Assembly (NCBI GenBank): GCA_965612745.1
Contig: CBFDTD010000004.1
Span: 1,253 to 65,252 of the forward strand
Source of the DNA: an uncultured bacterium
Lineage (GTDB): Bacteria; Chloroflexota; Anaerolineae; B4-G1
DNA: 64,000 nucleotides
Direction of reading: 5' to 3'
Made by a program: the position numbers and the translations under genes. The notes under the pieces are model-generated. The model saw nothing but the letters and a program-made list of their open reading frames with translations, ran no database searches and was not told the origin of the DNA. Positions 1-8,169 of this stretch are shown here, piece after piece. The stretch's first letter is position 1; every line of letters starts with the position of its first letter.

Positions 1-2700
1 CGCGAAATAGCGGTGAATGCTCTCGGCTACGGCCTGCAAGAGATCATCGGTGTCCAAGGTAGTGGCAACGATGCGTGCAATATCCACTAACAGGGCCAGC
101 CTCCGTGTCTGTCGTTGTTCGGCCTGGAACAGTTGTGCGTTCTGGATGGCGATGGCCACCGGCACTGCGACCGCTTCAACCAGTCGGCGTTGGGCCTCAT
201 CAAAGGCATCGCAACATTCGCTATAGAGGCTGAGCACGCCCACCAGCCGGTCATGTACCATTAAAGGTACGACCAATGCCGAGCACACCCAGTCGTCCAG
301 GCCATCCACAGTGAGCCAATGCTCATCCTGACGCACGTCGGCCACGATGGCGGTGCGTCGTTGGGCCGCCACCCAACCGGCCAGGCCGTGCCCGATGCGC
401 AGGCCGATCCGTCGATCGAGTGCTTCCACGCTCTCGGCTTCGTAGCCTGAGGCAGCAACGAGATGCAGGCGATCGGTGCCGGGCTCCAGCAGGAGGAGGA
501 TGCCCTTGAACGCGCCGACGGCGGCGCAGGTCTGGCACAAGGCACGCTCGGTGACCTCCTCCAAGTTCAGGCTCTCGGAGAGGGCGCGAGCGACGCCATA
601 GAGAAGTTCCAGGTGATTCTTCTCGCGGGTCAGGGAATCGAACAGCCGCGCATTCTCGATGGCGACAGCGGCGTGGTCGGCGAAGGCGCACAGGGGCCCC
701 AGGTGAGCCTGGCTGAAGAAGCCAGGGATGGCACTATCCACATTCAGAAAGCCGACCACCTCATCGCGCACGACGATAGGCGCGGCCGCGTAGGAGCGCA
801 GCCACTCTTGCACCGGCACGTGCACCCAACCAGGGTAGGTGGCGGTGTCGGAGATGATTATTGGCTCCTTAGTATCCACCATATGCTGCAGGTTGGGCAC
901 CTCAGGGATGCGGAAGACGACTGTCGAGACGAACTCCTCCGCGCCGAAGCGCTCGTAACCCCGCCAGCGGACGACGCGCGCCCGGTCTCCTTCGATGAGC
1001 ATGACGTTGGCTGCATCGCTGGGGACCACCCGACCGACCTGCTCCAGGATGCGGTCCAGCACCTGTTCGAAGTCGAGAGTAGCGGTGAGCGCGGCGACCG
1101 CCTCGGCCAGCGCCCGCTCCCGACGCCTGGCCTGCTCCCGCTCGATACCGCTGGCGATGACGCTGGCGGCGGCCTGCAGCAGGTCCACCTCCACCTGCTG
1201 CCACTCGCGCACCCGGTCACAGGCGTCGAAACCGATGAATCCGTACCAGGCGTCGGAGACGAAGAGGGGGATGACCAGGACGGAGCGGATGTCCTGAGAC
1301 TCCAATACGACCCGCTCGCTTTCCGGGAAGTCGGCGACGTTGCCGGCGATGATACCACCCTGCCCCAAGATCTCCATCCAGCGGGCGAAGCCCCCGGCAA
1401 CCCAGGGGAAGTTTTGCAGATCGGGGTTGTCTATCTGTGACTCGATCCCTGGCGCGCACCACTCGCAGCGCTGGCTACACAGCAGTGCCCCCTGCGGGCC
1501 CAGGCGGTTTTCAAACAGATAGACCCGACTGACCCCGGCCGTTTCACCCAGACAGCGCAACGCTTCGGGTAGAGCCTGGGCTAGCGTCTCCGTGCGAATC
1601 AGGATTTGTGAGACCTCGGCTAAGCACTCCAGATATTGCTCGCGAATGCGCAACATCACCTCCGCCCGCTTGCGCTCGGTGATGTCACGCAAGATAACCA
1701 GGCAGCCAGTGAAGCGATCAGGCCGATCATTTAAGGGCGAGATGCGCAGATCATAGATGCATTGCGCTTCGCCCTCGCCCAGGACGATCTCTGTGTTAGC
1801 CCCCGTCACGTCGCAGTGGTGTTCGGCCAGATAAGGACAACCGGAGAACGCCTTTGAAGCCGGCTGCCCGACTACCTCTGAGGCGGTGCGCCCGATGATA
1901 CGCTCGGCTGCAGAATTGAGGTCCACGACGCGATCCTGCGCATCCAGCACGATCACGCCGTCGCTCATACTTTTGATGATGGCATCGCGCGCCACGGGCA
2001 CGACGTCCAACAGCCGAAAGCGAAAGAGCCCCCAGGTTATCACCAGGCCGGACAGAGTGAGCGCGAAGGGCGTCAGATCCAGGTGGGGAAGTGGGCTCAA
2101 ACCGGAGAGTGATAGCACCTCCGCCGCCCACGGTGCGAACGTGCAAGCCAGCACAACCACGATTTGTTGACGATACAGGCGTGGTAAACGGACGAGCGCC
2201 TGGATGAGCAGGAAAATGCCGAGCATAATCAGCACGTAGGAATAGGCCACATCTATCCATCCCCACGCACCCAAAGTCGCGTTCAGTCTCGAGGATGAAC
2301 CACTGATATACAGTTCGATATTATTAAATATGAGACCGTGACTCGCGTTGGTCCAGGCCAGCAGCAGGGTGACGAGAGGCTCAATGGCCAGTATGGCCAC
2401 ATTACGGCGCGTGAGCCATTTTCCTCGCCCGGTGTATTGGAGCACAAAGGCCAGCCATGCTGTCGGCACTATGACTATGCCCAGGTACTGAACCCTGGCC
2501 CAAAGGACCTTGGTCGGCAGATCGGCGCTCCCCAGTTCCAATGCGTACCCCAACTGCCACTCGGCCACGGCCAGCATAAGCAGCACGAACGGCATCGCAC
2601 CGGGTACAGGACGACGCTGCCACACATAAAGCGCAAGCACGACCGATATGGCCGCTGCTACGAGCAAAAGCAGGACGTAAGGTGTATATTGCCAGTGCAT
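1..2700 (-). CDS. Membrane sensor (HisKA_7TM-type N-terminal domain, PAS, several GAF domains); output domain lies beyond the left edge (partial)
   Basis: Manual minus-strand translation from ATG at 2700 stays open to base 1 (900 codons; absent from the ORF track because no stop is in the window). Begins MHWQYTPYVLLLLVAAAISVVLALYVWQRRPVPGA; contains 7TM end LFRFRLLDVVPVARDAIIKSMSDGVIVLD, PAS end LVILRDITERKRAE, and GAF ends AVAIENARLF and AIAIQNAQLF. Confidence 0.88.
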   Translation of the reverse strand, partial: MHWQYTPYVLLLLVAAAISVVLALYVWQRRPVPGAMPFVLLMLAVAEWQLGYALELGSADLPTKVLWARVQYLGIVIVPTAWLAFVLQYTGRGKWLTRRNVAILAIEPLVTLLLAWTNASHGLIFNNIELYISGSSSRLNATLGAWGWIDVAYSYVLIMLGIFLLIQALVRLPRLYRQQIVVVLACTFAPWAAEVLSLSGLSPLPHLDLTPFALTLSGLVITWGLFRFRLLDVVPVARDAIIKSMSDGVIVLDAQDRVVDLNSAAERIIGRTASEVVGQPASKAFSGCPYLAEHHCDVTGANTEIVLGEGEAQCIYDLRISPLNDRPDRFTGCLVILRDITERKRAEVMLRIREQYLECLAEVSQILIRTETLAQALPEALRCLGETAGVSRVYLFENRLGPQGALLCSQRCEWCAPGIESQIDNPDLQNFPWVAGGFARWMEILGQGGIIAGNVADFPESERVVLESQDIRSVLVIPLFVSDAWYGFIGFDACDRVREWQQVEVDLLQAAASVIASGIEREQARRRERALAEAVAALTATLDFEQVLDRILEQVGRVVPSDAANVMLIEGDRARVVRWRGYERFGAEEFVSTVVFRIPEVPNLQHMVDTKEPIIISDTATYPGWVHVPVQEWLRSYAAAPIVVRDEVVGFLNVDSAIPGFFSQAHLGPLCAFADHAAVAIENARLFDSLTREKNHLELLYGVARALSESLNLEEVTERALCQTCAAVGAFKGILLLLEPGTDRLHLVAASGYEAESVEALDRRIGLRIGHGLAGWVAAQRRTAIVADVRQDEHWLTVDGLDDWVCSALVVPLMVHDRLVGVLSLYSECCDAFDEAQRRLVEAVAVPVAIAIQNAQLFQAEQRQTRRLALLVDIARIVATTLDTDDLLQAVAESIHRYFA

Positions 2701-2814
2701 GATTTGATCCCCCCACTAACAATTTTGACAGCCCGCCCGCTTTGCCCTAAAAGCACGTGAAAATGGAACGTTGCATTTCACGCCTCACGCATCACGTGTT
2801 CGGTCCATGTGTAT

Positions 2815-2843
2815 ATTATAGTACAATAATAGAAAAATGCCTA
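2815..2843 (-). promoter_or_regulatory. Possible sigma70-type promoter for the sensor gene
   Basis: TATAAT (2820-2815) with a weak -35 TAGGCA at 17-bp spacing, about 115 bp upstream of the ATG. Confidence 0.4.
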
Positions 2844-3070
2844 TCCCCTCAAGGACCAGCCCCCGCCCTGGGGGGTGGTCAAAGCGGAGCACAATCCGCC
2901 TCCGACACCCTCGGGACGGGGGCTACGAGCCTCGGAGACGGGCCTCCAGGGCTCTGGATGTAAAATCTGTAACACTACTGGGGGAAGAAAAAACGAGGAA
3001 GCCGGGGGATGCACGGCAGTGCTACATACTGCGAAACCGACCTGCGTCGGTTATGCAGTCGGCGCAGGCC

Positions 3071-3148
3071 AGGACTCTGGCGATTTTGCTCGTAGTAACG
3101 ACCTCAGTCGTTCAAAGCGAGTTCAGAGCGACCGAAGTCGCCACTACG
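3071..3148. repeat. 78-bp REP-like double-hairpin element (family B)
   Basis: Near-identical (about 4 mismatches) inverted copy at 45318-45395; core CGTAGT...ACTACG ends with internal CGAC(C/T)TCAGTCG and CGAC(C/T)GAAGTCG hairpins. Confidence 0.85.
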
Positions 3149-3164
3149 CCCCCCCATATCTTGA

Positions 3165-3205
3165 GGTGTGTTCCGACATCACTATCTGAGGCCGGCTGAG
3201 TAGTG
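3165..3205. repeat. Right end of family A miniature inverted-repeat element
   Basis: GGTGTGTTCCGACATCACTATCTGAGGCCGGCTGAGTAGT resembles the ends at 45438-45477 and (inverted) 17371-17410. Confidence 0.65.
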
Positions 3206-3278
3206 ACGGTTCTGCAAAGCATAGCCACGATTTTCATCGCCAGACGAGGGCGGAGGCGGAACGTGTGCAGTCCAACGA

Positions 3279-3509
3279 TCACGACAGCGTGCGTCGCAGC
3301 ATACCCATCCACACACCTCCCGCCAGCAGCGCCGCGCTACCGACGAGCGCCAGGCAGACTAAGGCTGTGTCTTCTGCCTGTTCAGCATCGCCAGCAGAGA
3401 TGGATGATACGTGTCTCGCCTCGCCTGCCTGGACCGATCCCGTGGTTACAGCCAGTAGTAACGTCAGTGAGATGATTATGCCTGTCACACGGATGAAATG
3501 ACGCATCAT
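3279..3509 (-). CDS. Small protein (76 aa) with signal peptide and C-terminal transmembrane anchor
   Basis: MMRHFIRVTGIIISLTLLLAVTTGSVQA-GEAR...ALVCLALVGSAALLAGGVWMGMLRR; starts 5 nt after the upstream ORF stop with GAGG upstream. Confidence 0.55.
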   Translation of the reverse strand: MMRHFIRVTGIIISLTLLLAVTTGSVQAGEARHVSSISAGDAEQAEDTALVCLALVGSAALLAGGVWMGMLRRTLS

Positions 3510-3514
3510 ACCCC

Positions 3515-3943
3515 TCACCTCCCCAGGAGCGGCGAAACAGTGAAGGCGAGAACCCACAGTGCGCACAGGCAGCCTGGGACGATGCTTAGGAAGAGGCCGA
3601 TCAGGGCGCGCCGGGACGCTTCTGCATCTCGTCCTCGACCACAGGCCAGGGCGGCAACCCCAGCACCGCAGGCGACCGCACTCAGGCCAATGGGCAGCCA
3701 GAAGAGCAGAAGGTCGGCCAGCCAGCGGCGAGCCTGCGAGACCCCCTCCCACCGGGCAACCGGTCTGGGGAGAACAGGCTCGTCGGCAGGGGGCGCAGAG
3801 GCGTGCGGGTGCGAAGGGTGCGTGAGCAGCAAGACGATGCCGCCCCACAGCATCAAGCAAGCGAAGATGGCTGCCAGGAGGCTGAGGTTGCCGCTCAACC
3901 GGGCCACATAGGTCACATCTCTCGCTGTGCTTTCCATTTTCAC
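3515..3943 (-). CDS. Hypothetical membrane protein (142 aa, about 3 TM segments)
   Basis: Three hydrophobic stretches (LSLLAAIFACLMLWGGIVLLL; LLLFWLPIGLSAVACGAGVAALAC; ALIGLFLSIVPGCLCALWVLAF); closely coupled to the 3279-3509 ORF. Confidence 0.6.
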   Translation of the reverse strand: MKMESTARDVTYVARLSGNLSLLAAIFACLMLWGGIVLLLTHPSHPHASAPPADEPVLPRPVARWEGVSQARRWLADLLLFWLPIGLSAVACGAGVAALACGRGRDAEASRRALIGLFLSIVPGCLCALWVLAFTVSPLLGR

Positions 3944-4255
3944 CCTATCTCATCACAGTGTGCACTGTGCCTGGGTTCTCCAGATAGCCACGCAGTGGTG
4001 GCCCGGACGGGGGTTTCGGGGCGACAGCGCCGCGCTCCCCGTATTTGCTCCCCAGGCCGCTCACGTAGTCGCCCCGCGTCCGGGCCTGGCGCCGAGTCGC
4101 GCCTGAGGGCCGATTCACACCGGCACTCGTAGGATACCACAAAGCCGGGTGCGCTGCTGGACAGGGAGGGCTCGTCTGTGCGTCGAGTAGGGGACGAATA
4201 GTTGTCGTCCATCCAACGCTTGCCCTACGCACACTTATCGGACGGGTTTTTCAAT

Positions 4256-4571
4256 GGGCTTATCCGAAAAATGTTTGTAATGCGCGCTTCAGGGATGGTT
4301 CAGAATGAGTTGACACTTTCTCACGCGGCCCGCACGGGCATGAAGTGCCCGTGCTACGAAGCGGCGCCCGACGAGTCGGGCTTACGCCGCAACACAGCAG
4401 GAAAACGGTCTTTGCGGCAAGTAAGGGGGATTGATCCCCCGCTGCTCTGTAGCGGCGGTGTGCAGCAGACATCAAAGTGTCACCCTATTTTCACTTGTAA
4501 CTGAACCATCCCGCGCTTCAGCGCGTTAAAACACGCACTACGAGCCTCTCACGGATTTTTCGGATAGGCTC
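4256..4571. repeat. REP-like host element bounded by 17-bp imperfect inverted repeats, interrupted by a MITE
   Basis: GGGCTTATCCGAAAAAT (4256-4272) vs ATTTTTCGGATAGGCTC (4555-4571), 15/17 complementary; removing the insert restores the hairpin GCGCGCTTCAGCGCGT. Confidence 0.7.
4292..4512. mobile_element. 221-bp non-autonomous miniature transposon (MITE) with 12-bp TIRs and 8-bp target-site duplication
   Basis: Perfect TIR GGGATGGTTCAG (4292-4303) / CTGAACCATCCC (4501-4512); direct repeat GCGCTTCA at 4284-4291 and 4513-4520; subterminal TGACACTTT at both ends; no transposase ORF. Confidence 0.85.
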
Positions 4572-4660
4572 TAAGTTGGGACTTCGGGAATTCGTCGTCA
4601 GGGGATGGTGCGCTGTGGTTGCGCGTACATTATGAGGTGTGGGAAGGTGGTGACCAGCGG

Positions 4661-6067
4661 CTAACGGCCGTCGGCTGATGACCGACGGCTGCGCCGCCGA
4701 AACACCAACCGCAGCGGCGTGCCGGGAAACTCGTAAGCCTCCCGCAGTCGGTTCTCCAGGTAACGCTCGTAACTGAAGTGCACCAAGTCGGGGTCATTTA
4801 CGTGAAACACGAAAGTCGGCGGGTCTACACCGGGTTGACTGGCATAGTAAATCTTGAGCCGCCGACCGCGCTTGCTGGGCGGAGCGTGACGGGCCAGCGC
4901 GTCGCGCACCAGTCGGTTGAGTTCACCGGTAGGGATGCGCCGCTGTCTCGCAGCCCGCACCGCCAATGCCGTCGGGATCACTTTGTTCACCCGTTGTCCC
5001 GTGAGCGCGGAGATGAACAGCACCGGCACATAGTCGAGGAAACGCAGGGCCTCACGCACCCACTGGGTGTACTCCACCATCGTATGGGCATCCTTCTCCA
5101 CCGCATCCCACTTGTTTACCAATACCACCACGCTGGCCCACTCGTCGAGGATGAGGCCGGCTACGTGCGCATCCTGCGCGGTAACACCCTCGACGCCATC
5201 TATCATCAGCAAAGCGACATCTGCTCGCTGGATGGCCCGTAGTGCCCGCAGCACACTGTAGCGCTCCACCCCGCGCTCAATCTTGCCCCGCCGTCGGATG
5301 CCGGCCGTATCAATCAGCGTAATGGGCGTGTCCTCCCACTCCAGATAGGTGTCAATAGCATCGCGGGTGGTGCCGGGGATTGGGCTGACGATGGCCCGCT
5401 CCTCGCCGAGCAGCCTGTTTAGGAGCGATGACTTACCCACGTTAGGTCGGCCGACGATGGCAAGTTTAACCCTCTCGTCCTCCGCCTCTGGCTTGGAGGG
5501 GGGCAATGCCCGGACCACGTCATCCAGTAGGTCGGCCACGCCGATGCCGTGCAGCGCCGAGATAGGGTAGACCTCCCCCAGGCCCAGGGCGTAGAATTCC
5601 AGCGCGGTCTGGCGCAGACGGGAGTTATCCGCCTTGTTGGCAGCCAGAAAGACGGGGCAGCGGGCGCGACGCAGGATCTCGGCCACCTCCTCGTCCCCAG
5701 CCGTCAGGCCGCTGATGACGTCGGTAAGGAAGATGACCGCGTCGGCCTCCTGGATCGCCAGTTCGGCCTGGGCGCGCATCAGGGGAATGTAGGGAGCGGA
5801 ATCTTGCGCCAACACCCGCTCAGGGCCAGGCCGCCTCCCAGCAACGACGGTCTCGGGCAACACCTCGATGCCGCCAGTATCCACGACGGTGAAAGGGACG
5901 TCGTTCCACTCGGCAGGAGCGTGCAGTCGGTCGCGGGTTGTGCCCGGCCGGTCGTGCACCACCGCCAGCCGCCGACCGACGATGCGATTAAAGAGGGTGG
6001 ACTTACCCACGTTGGGCCGGCCCACAAGAGCCACAATGGGCCTGCTTCTCAATTGTTTATCGTTCAT
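4661..6067 (-). CDS. der: Ribosome biogenesis GTPase Der (EngA)
   Basis: Two tandem G domains (GRPNVGKS twice, DTGG/DTAG, NKAD/NKWD) plus KH-like C-terminus. Confidence 0.97.
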   Translation of the reverse strand: MNDKQLRSRPIVALVGRPNVGKSTLFNRIVGRRLAVVHDRPGTTRDRLHAPAEWNDVPFTVVDTGGIEVLPETVVAGRRPGPERVLAQDSAPYIPLMRAQAELAIQEADAVIFLTDVISGLTAGDEEVAEILRRARCPVFLAANKADNSRLRQTALEFYALGLGEVYPISALHGIGVADLLDDVVRALPPSKPEAEDERVKLAIVGRPNVGKSSLLNRLLGEERAIVSPIPGTTRDAIDTYLEWEDTPITLIDTAGIRRRGKIERGVERYSVLRALRAIQRADVALLMIDGVEGVTAQDAHVAGLILDEWASVVVLVNKWDAVEKDAHTMVEYTQWVREALRFLDYVPVLFISALTGQRVNKVIPTALAVRAARQRRIPTGELNRLVRDALARHAPPSKRGRRLKIYYASQPGVDPPTFVFHVNDPDLVHFSYERYLENRLREAYEFPGTPLRLVFRRRSRRSSADGR

Positions 6068-7293
6068 TGTTTGGTCGGCGTAGGAGTGAGCGCAATGAAG
6101 ATCTCCACCTGCACGGTCGCCGGATTGATGCTTTGAGCGGTCACCCCCTCTGGCACCACCACCTGCGGCTCAATCTGGTGCGTCCCAGGCGACAACCCAA
6201 AAAGGTCGAGGACAACGCGCACGTCGCTGGCTTCCAATGTCTCCAGCAGAGGCAACGGGCCGCTCAGAATAACCTCGACGCTCTCCGGCGAGACGGTGGC
6301 CGTGAAGCCCGGCTCCAGGCCCTGACGTGTCGGCGTAATCACCATCGTCAGACTACTCTGGATGGCCTCAATGGAAACTCTCACCTCCACCTGCTGGCCC
6401 GAGACAATCGCAACGGTCGGAGATATGCGGAGTGCCGGTCGAACGGCCACATCGGCCTGGGCTCCCTCTACGTCTATCGGCTCGGTTTCAATGTAACCCG
6501 GGAGCACCTCGATGACGTCGGGCGCGCCGAAGACGGTGACAGTAGGCGGTTCAACGGAGATATTGGTGATGCGATAGCCGGGAGCGACCTCCCCTTCGAG
6601 GACAATCTTAACCGCCAGAGAGCGGTAGTAACCCGACGGTTCGATAGGGATGCGCACATTGACCGTCTCGGGCGTCAACGTGACGTAGGGGACAGGCTGC
6701 CCCTCATCGTCCTGCGGTTCTACCCGTAACTCTTCCTCAATGTCGGCATTGGCATCCTCTATGGAGATCACTGTGGCGGCCTCGACTACCCGGGTCACAT
6801 AGGTACTGGGGCCAATCACCGTCACTTCGTGCGGAACGACGATCGGTGTTCGCCTGAGATAGCCCAGAGCGGGCCTTCCTTCCACCTGCACGTGCACGGG
6901 CACAGAGCGTTCCGTTCTCGGCTCCAATTCCAGAGTGACGTGCTCGGGTTCGACGAGCACCACCTGCGCTGGCTGTTTATTCAACGTCACCTGGACAGGC
7001 ACTTGATGGACACCCGCGTTCACGTCTGTCAGGTCAACAGTGGCGGTGAAATCATCGGCCGTGAGCGTCTTCAAGACCGACCTGGGGGCGCGGACGGTGA
7101 CCTGCACACGCTCATCAAATTCCCCCACAACGACCATTCCCCCCGGCGGTTGAGGCAGTGTGACCGGAATAGATTGGGGGTAGCGTTCCTCAAGGATGGG
7201 GTCCTCCTCCCTCATAGCCACAAACCAGGCCAGTGAAGCCAGGATAAGCGCCAGCATCATCAGGGGCAGATTGTTTCCCATCCAACGCAGCAT
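6064..7293 (-). CDS. cdaR: CdaR/YbbR-family regulator of diadenylate cyclase
   Basis: N-terminal TM then repeated YbbR-like domains (VQVTVRAPRSVL, VTVIGPS, VTVFGAP, VEVILSGP); directly downstream of cdaA. ATG 7293 preferred to the track start 7353. Confidence 0.88.
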   Translation of the reverse strand: MLRWMGNNLPLMMLALILASLAWFVAMREEDPILEERYPQSIPVTLPQPPGGMVVVGEFDERVQVTVRAPRSVLKTLTADDFTATVDLTDVNAGVHQVPVQVTLNKQPAQVVLVEPEHVTLELEPRTERSVPVHVQVEGRPALGYLRRTPIVVPHEVTVIGPSTYVTRVVEAATVISIEDANADIEEELRVEPQDDEGQPVPYVTLTPETVNVRIPIEPSGYYRSLAVKIVLEGEVAPGYRITNISVEPPTVTVFGAPDVIEVLPGYIETEPIDVEGAQADVAVRPALRISPTVAIVSGQQVEVRVSIEAIQSSLTMVITPTRQGLEPGFTATVSPESVEVILSGPLPLLETLEASDVRVVLDLFGLSPGTHQIEPQVVVPEGVTAQSINPATVQVEIFIALTPTPTKQ

Positions 7294-7301
7294 CGCTCTC
7301 A

Positions 7302-8138
7302 CTACTTCTCTCCCCCCCATATCCGCCGCATCCGGGCACTCCACCGTGGCCATGCCCGTTCCAGCGCCGGTTGATAAAAGGCATATAATACTGCTTCCAG
7401 ACGTTTGGCGTCAAGATTGCGGATGATACGGCCATTGTGGGTGATGGAGATGGAGCCACGCTCTTCAGAGACGACGACGGCAAGGGCATCGCTATCCTCC
7501 GTCACGCCAATAGCCGCACGGTGACGTAGTCCCAACTCCCGGTCTGCGAGGAAAGCGGTGGAGAGGGGAAGTACACAGGCAGCGGCCAGCACCCGCCCGT
7601 GCCGCACGATGACCGCTCCGTCGTGCAGTGGAGTGTGGGGATCGAAAATGGTTACCAGCAAGTCGGGGGTGACCATGGCATCGAGGAAAACGCCACTGTC
7701 GGCGAACTCTTGTAAGCCTGTCTCCCGCTCCAGGACGATGAGCGCACCGTGTCGTAGCCTGGACAGGGTGCCGCAGGCCTCCGCAATGGCAGCCAACGTC
7801 TGCTCCAGGAGAGCACGGTTTCCCGTCGTCCGGCCGAACAGCGTCCCGGCCCGGCCCAGCCGTCCCAACGCCCGGCGCAACTCTGGCTGGAAGACGACGG
7901 GGACGGCTACGAGCAGCGCAGGGAGAGCCCTCTGGGTCAACCAGGCGAAAGCGCGCAGGTGAATCACACCGCCCAGCAAGGTGATGATGATAATGAGCAG
8001 GATCACACCGCGAAGCAGTGGGACGGCCCGGGTGCCGCGCACCAGATACAGGAGCCAGAAGAATATGAAGGCTACGAGCAAAATGTCGAGGGCATCTATC
8101 CAATCAAGCCGTTGTAAATACCATAGAAGGTCGGACAC
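7302..8138 (-). CDS. cdaA: Diadenylate cyclase CdaA (c-di-AMP synthase)
   Basis: Three N-terminal TM helices, FQPELRRAL, catalytic LHDGA and LRHRAA motifs. Confidence 0.95.
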   Translation of the reverse strand: MSDLLWYLQRLDWIDALDILLVAFIFFWLLYLVRGTRAVPLLRGVILLIIIITLLGGVIHLRAFAWLTQRALPALLVAVPVVFQPELRRALGRLGRAGTLFGRTTGNRALLEQTLAAIAEACGTLSRLRHGALIVLERETGLQEFADSGVFLDAMVTPDLLVTIFDPHTPLHDGAVIVRHGRVLAAACVLPLSTAFLADRELGLRHRAAIGVTEDSDALAVVVSEERGSISITHNGRIIRNLDAKRLEAVLYAFYQPALERAWPRWSARMRRIWGGEK

Positions 8139-8169
8139 TGTTCAAATCCCAAATTCCAAATCCCAATTC

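Noticed and set aside
463-1440. 325-aa plus-strand ORF
   Set aside because: Antisense shadow of the motif-rich sensor gene on the minus strand.
2700-3000. Possible riboswitch or ncRNA upstream of the sensor gene
   Set aside because: GC-rich stems are present but I could not match c-di-GMP, c-di-AMP or other conserved riboswitch motifs; an Infernal/Rfam scan would settle it.
3940-4232. Two overlapping 90-95 aa minus-strand ORFs
   Set aside because: No motifs, no clear RBS, atypical composition; cannot be supported as genes.
4794-4809. parS-like sequence TCATTTACGTGAAACA
   Set aside because: Only 13/16 match to TGTTTCACGTGAAACA, broken palindrome, inside der coding sequence; I found no convincing parS in the window.
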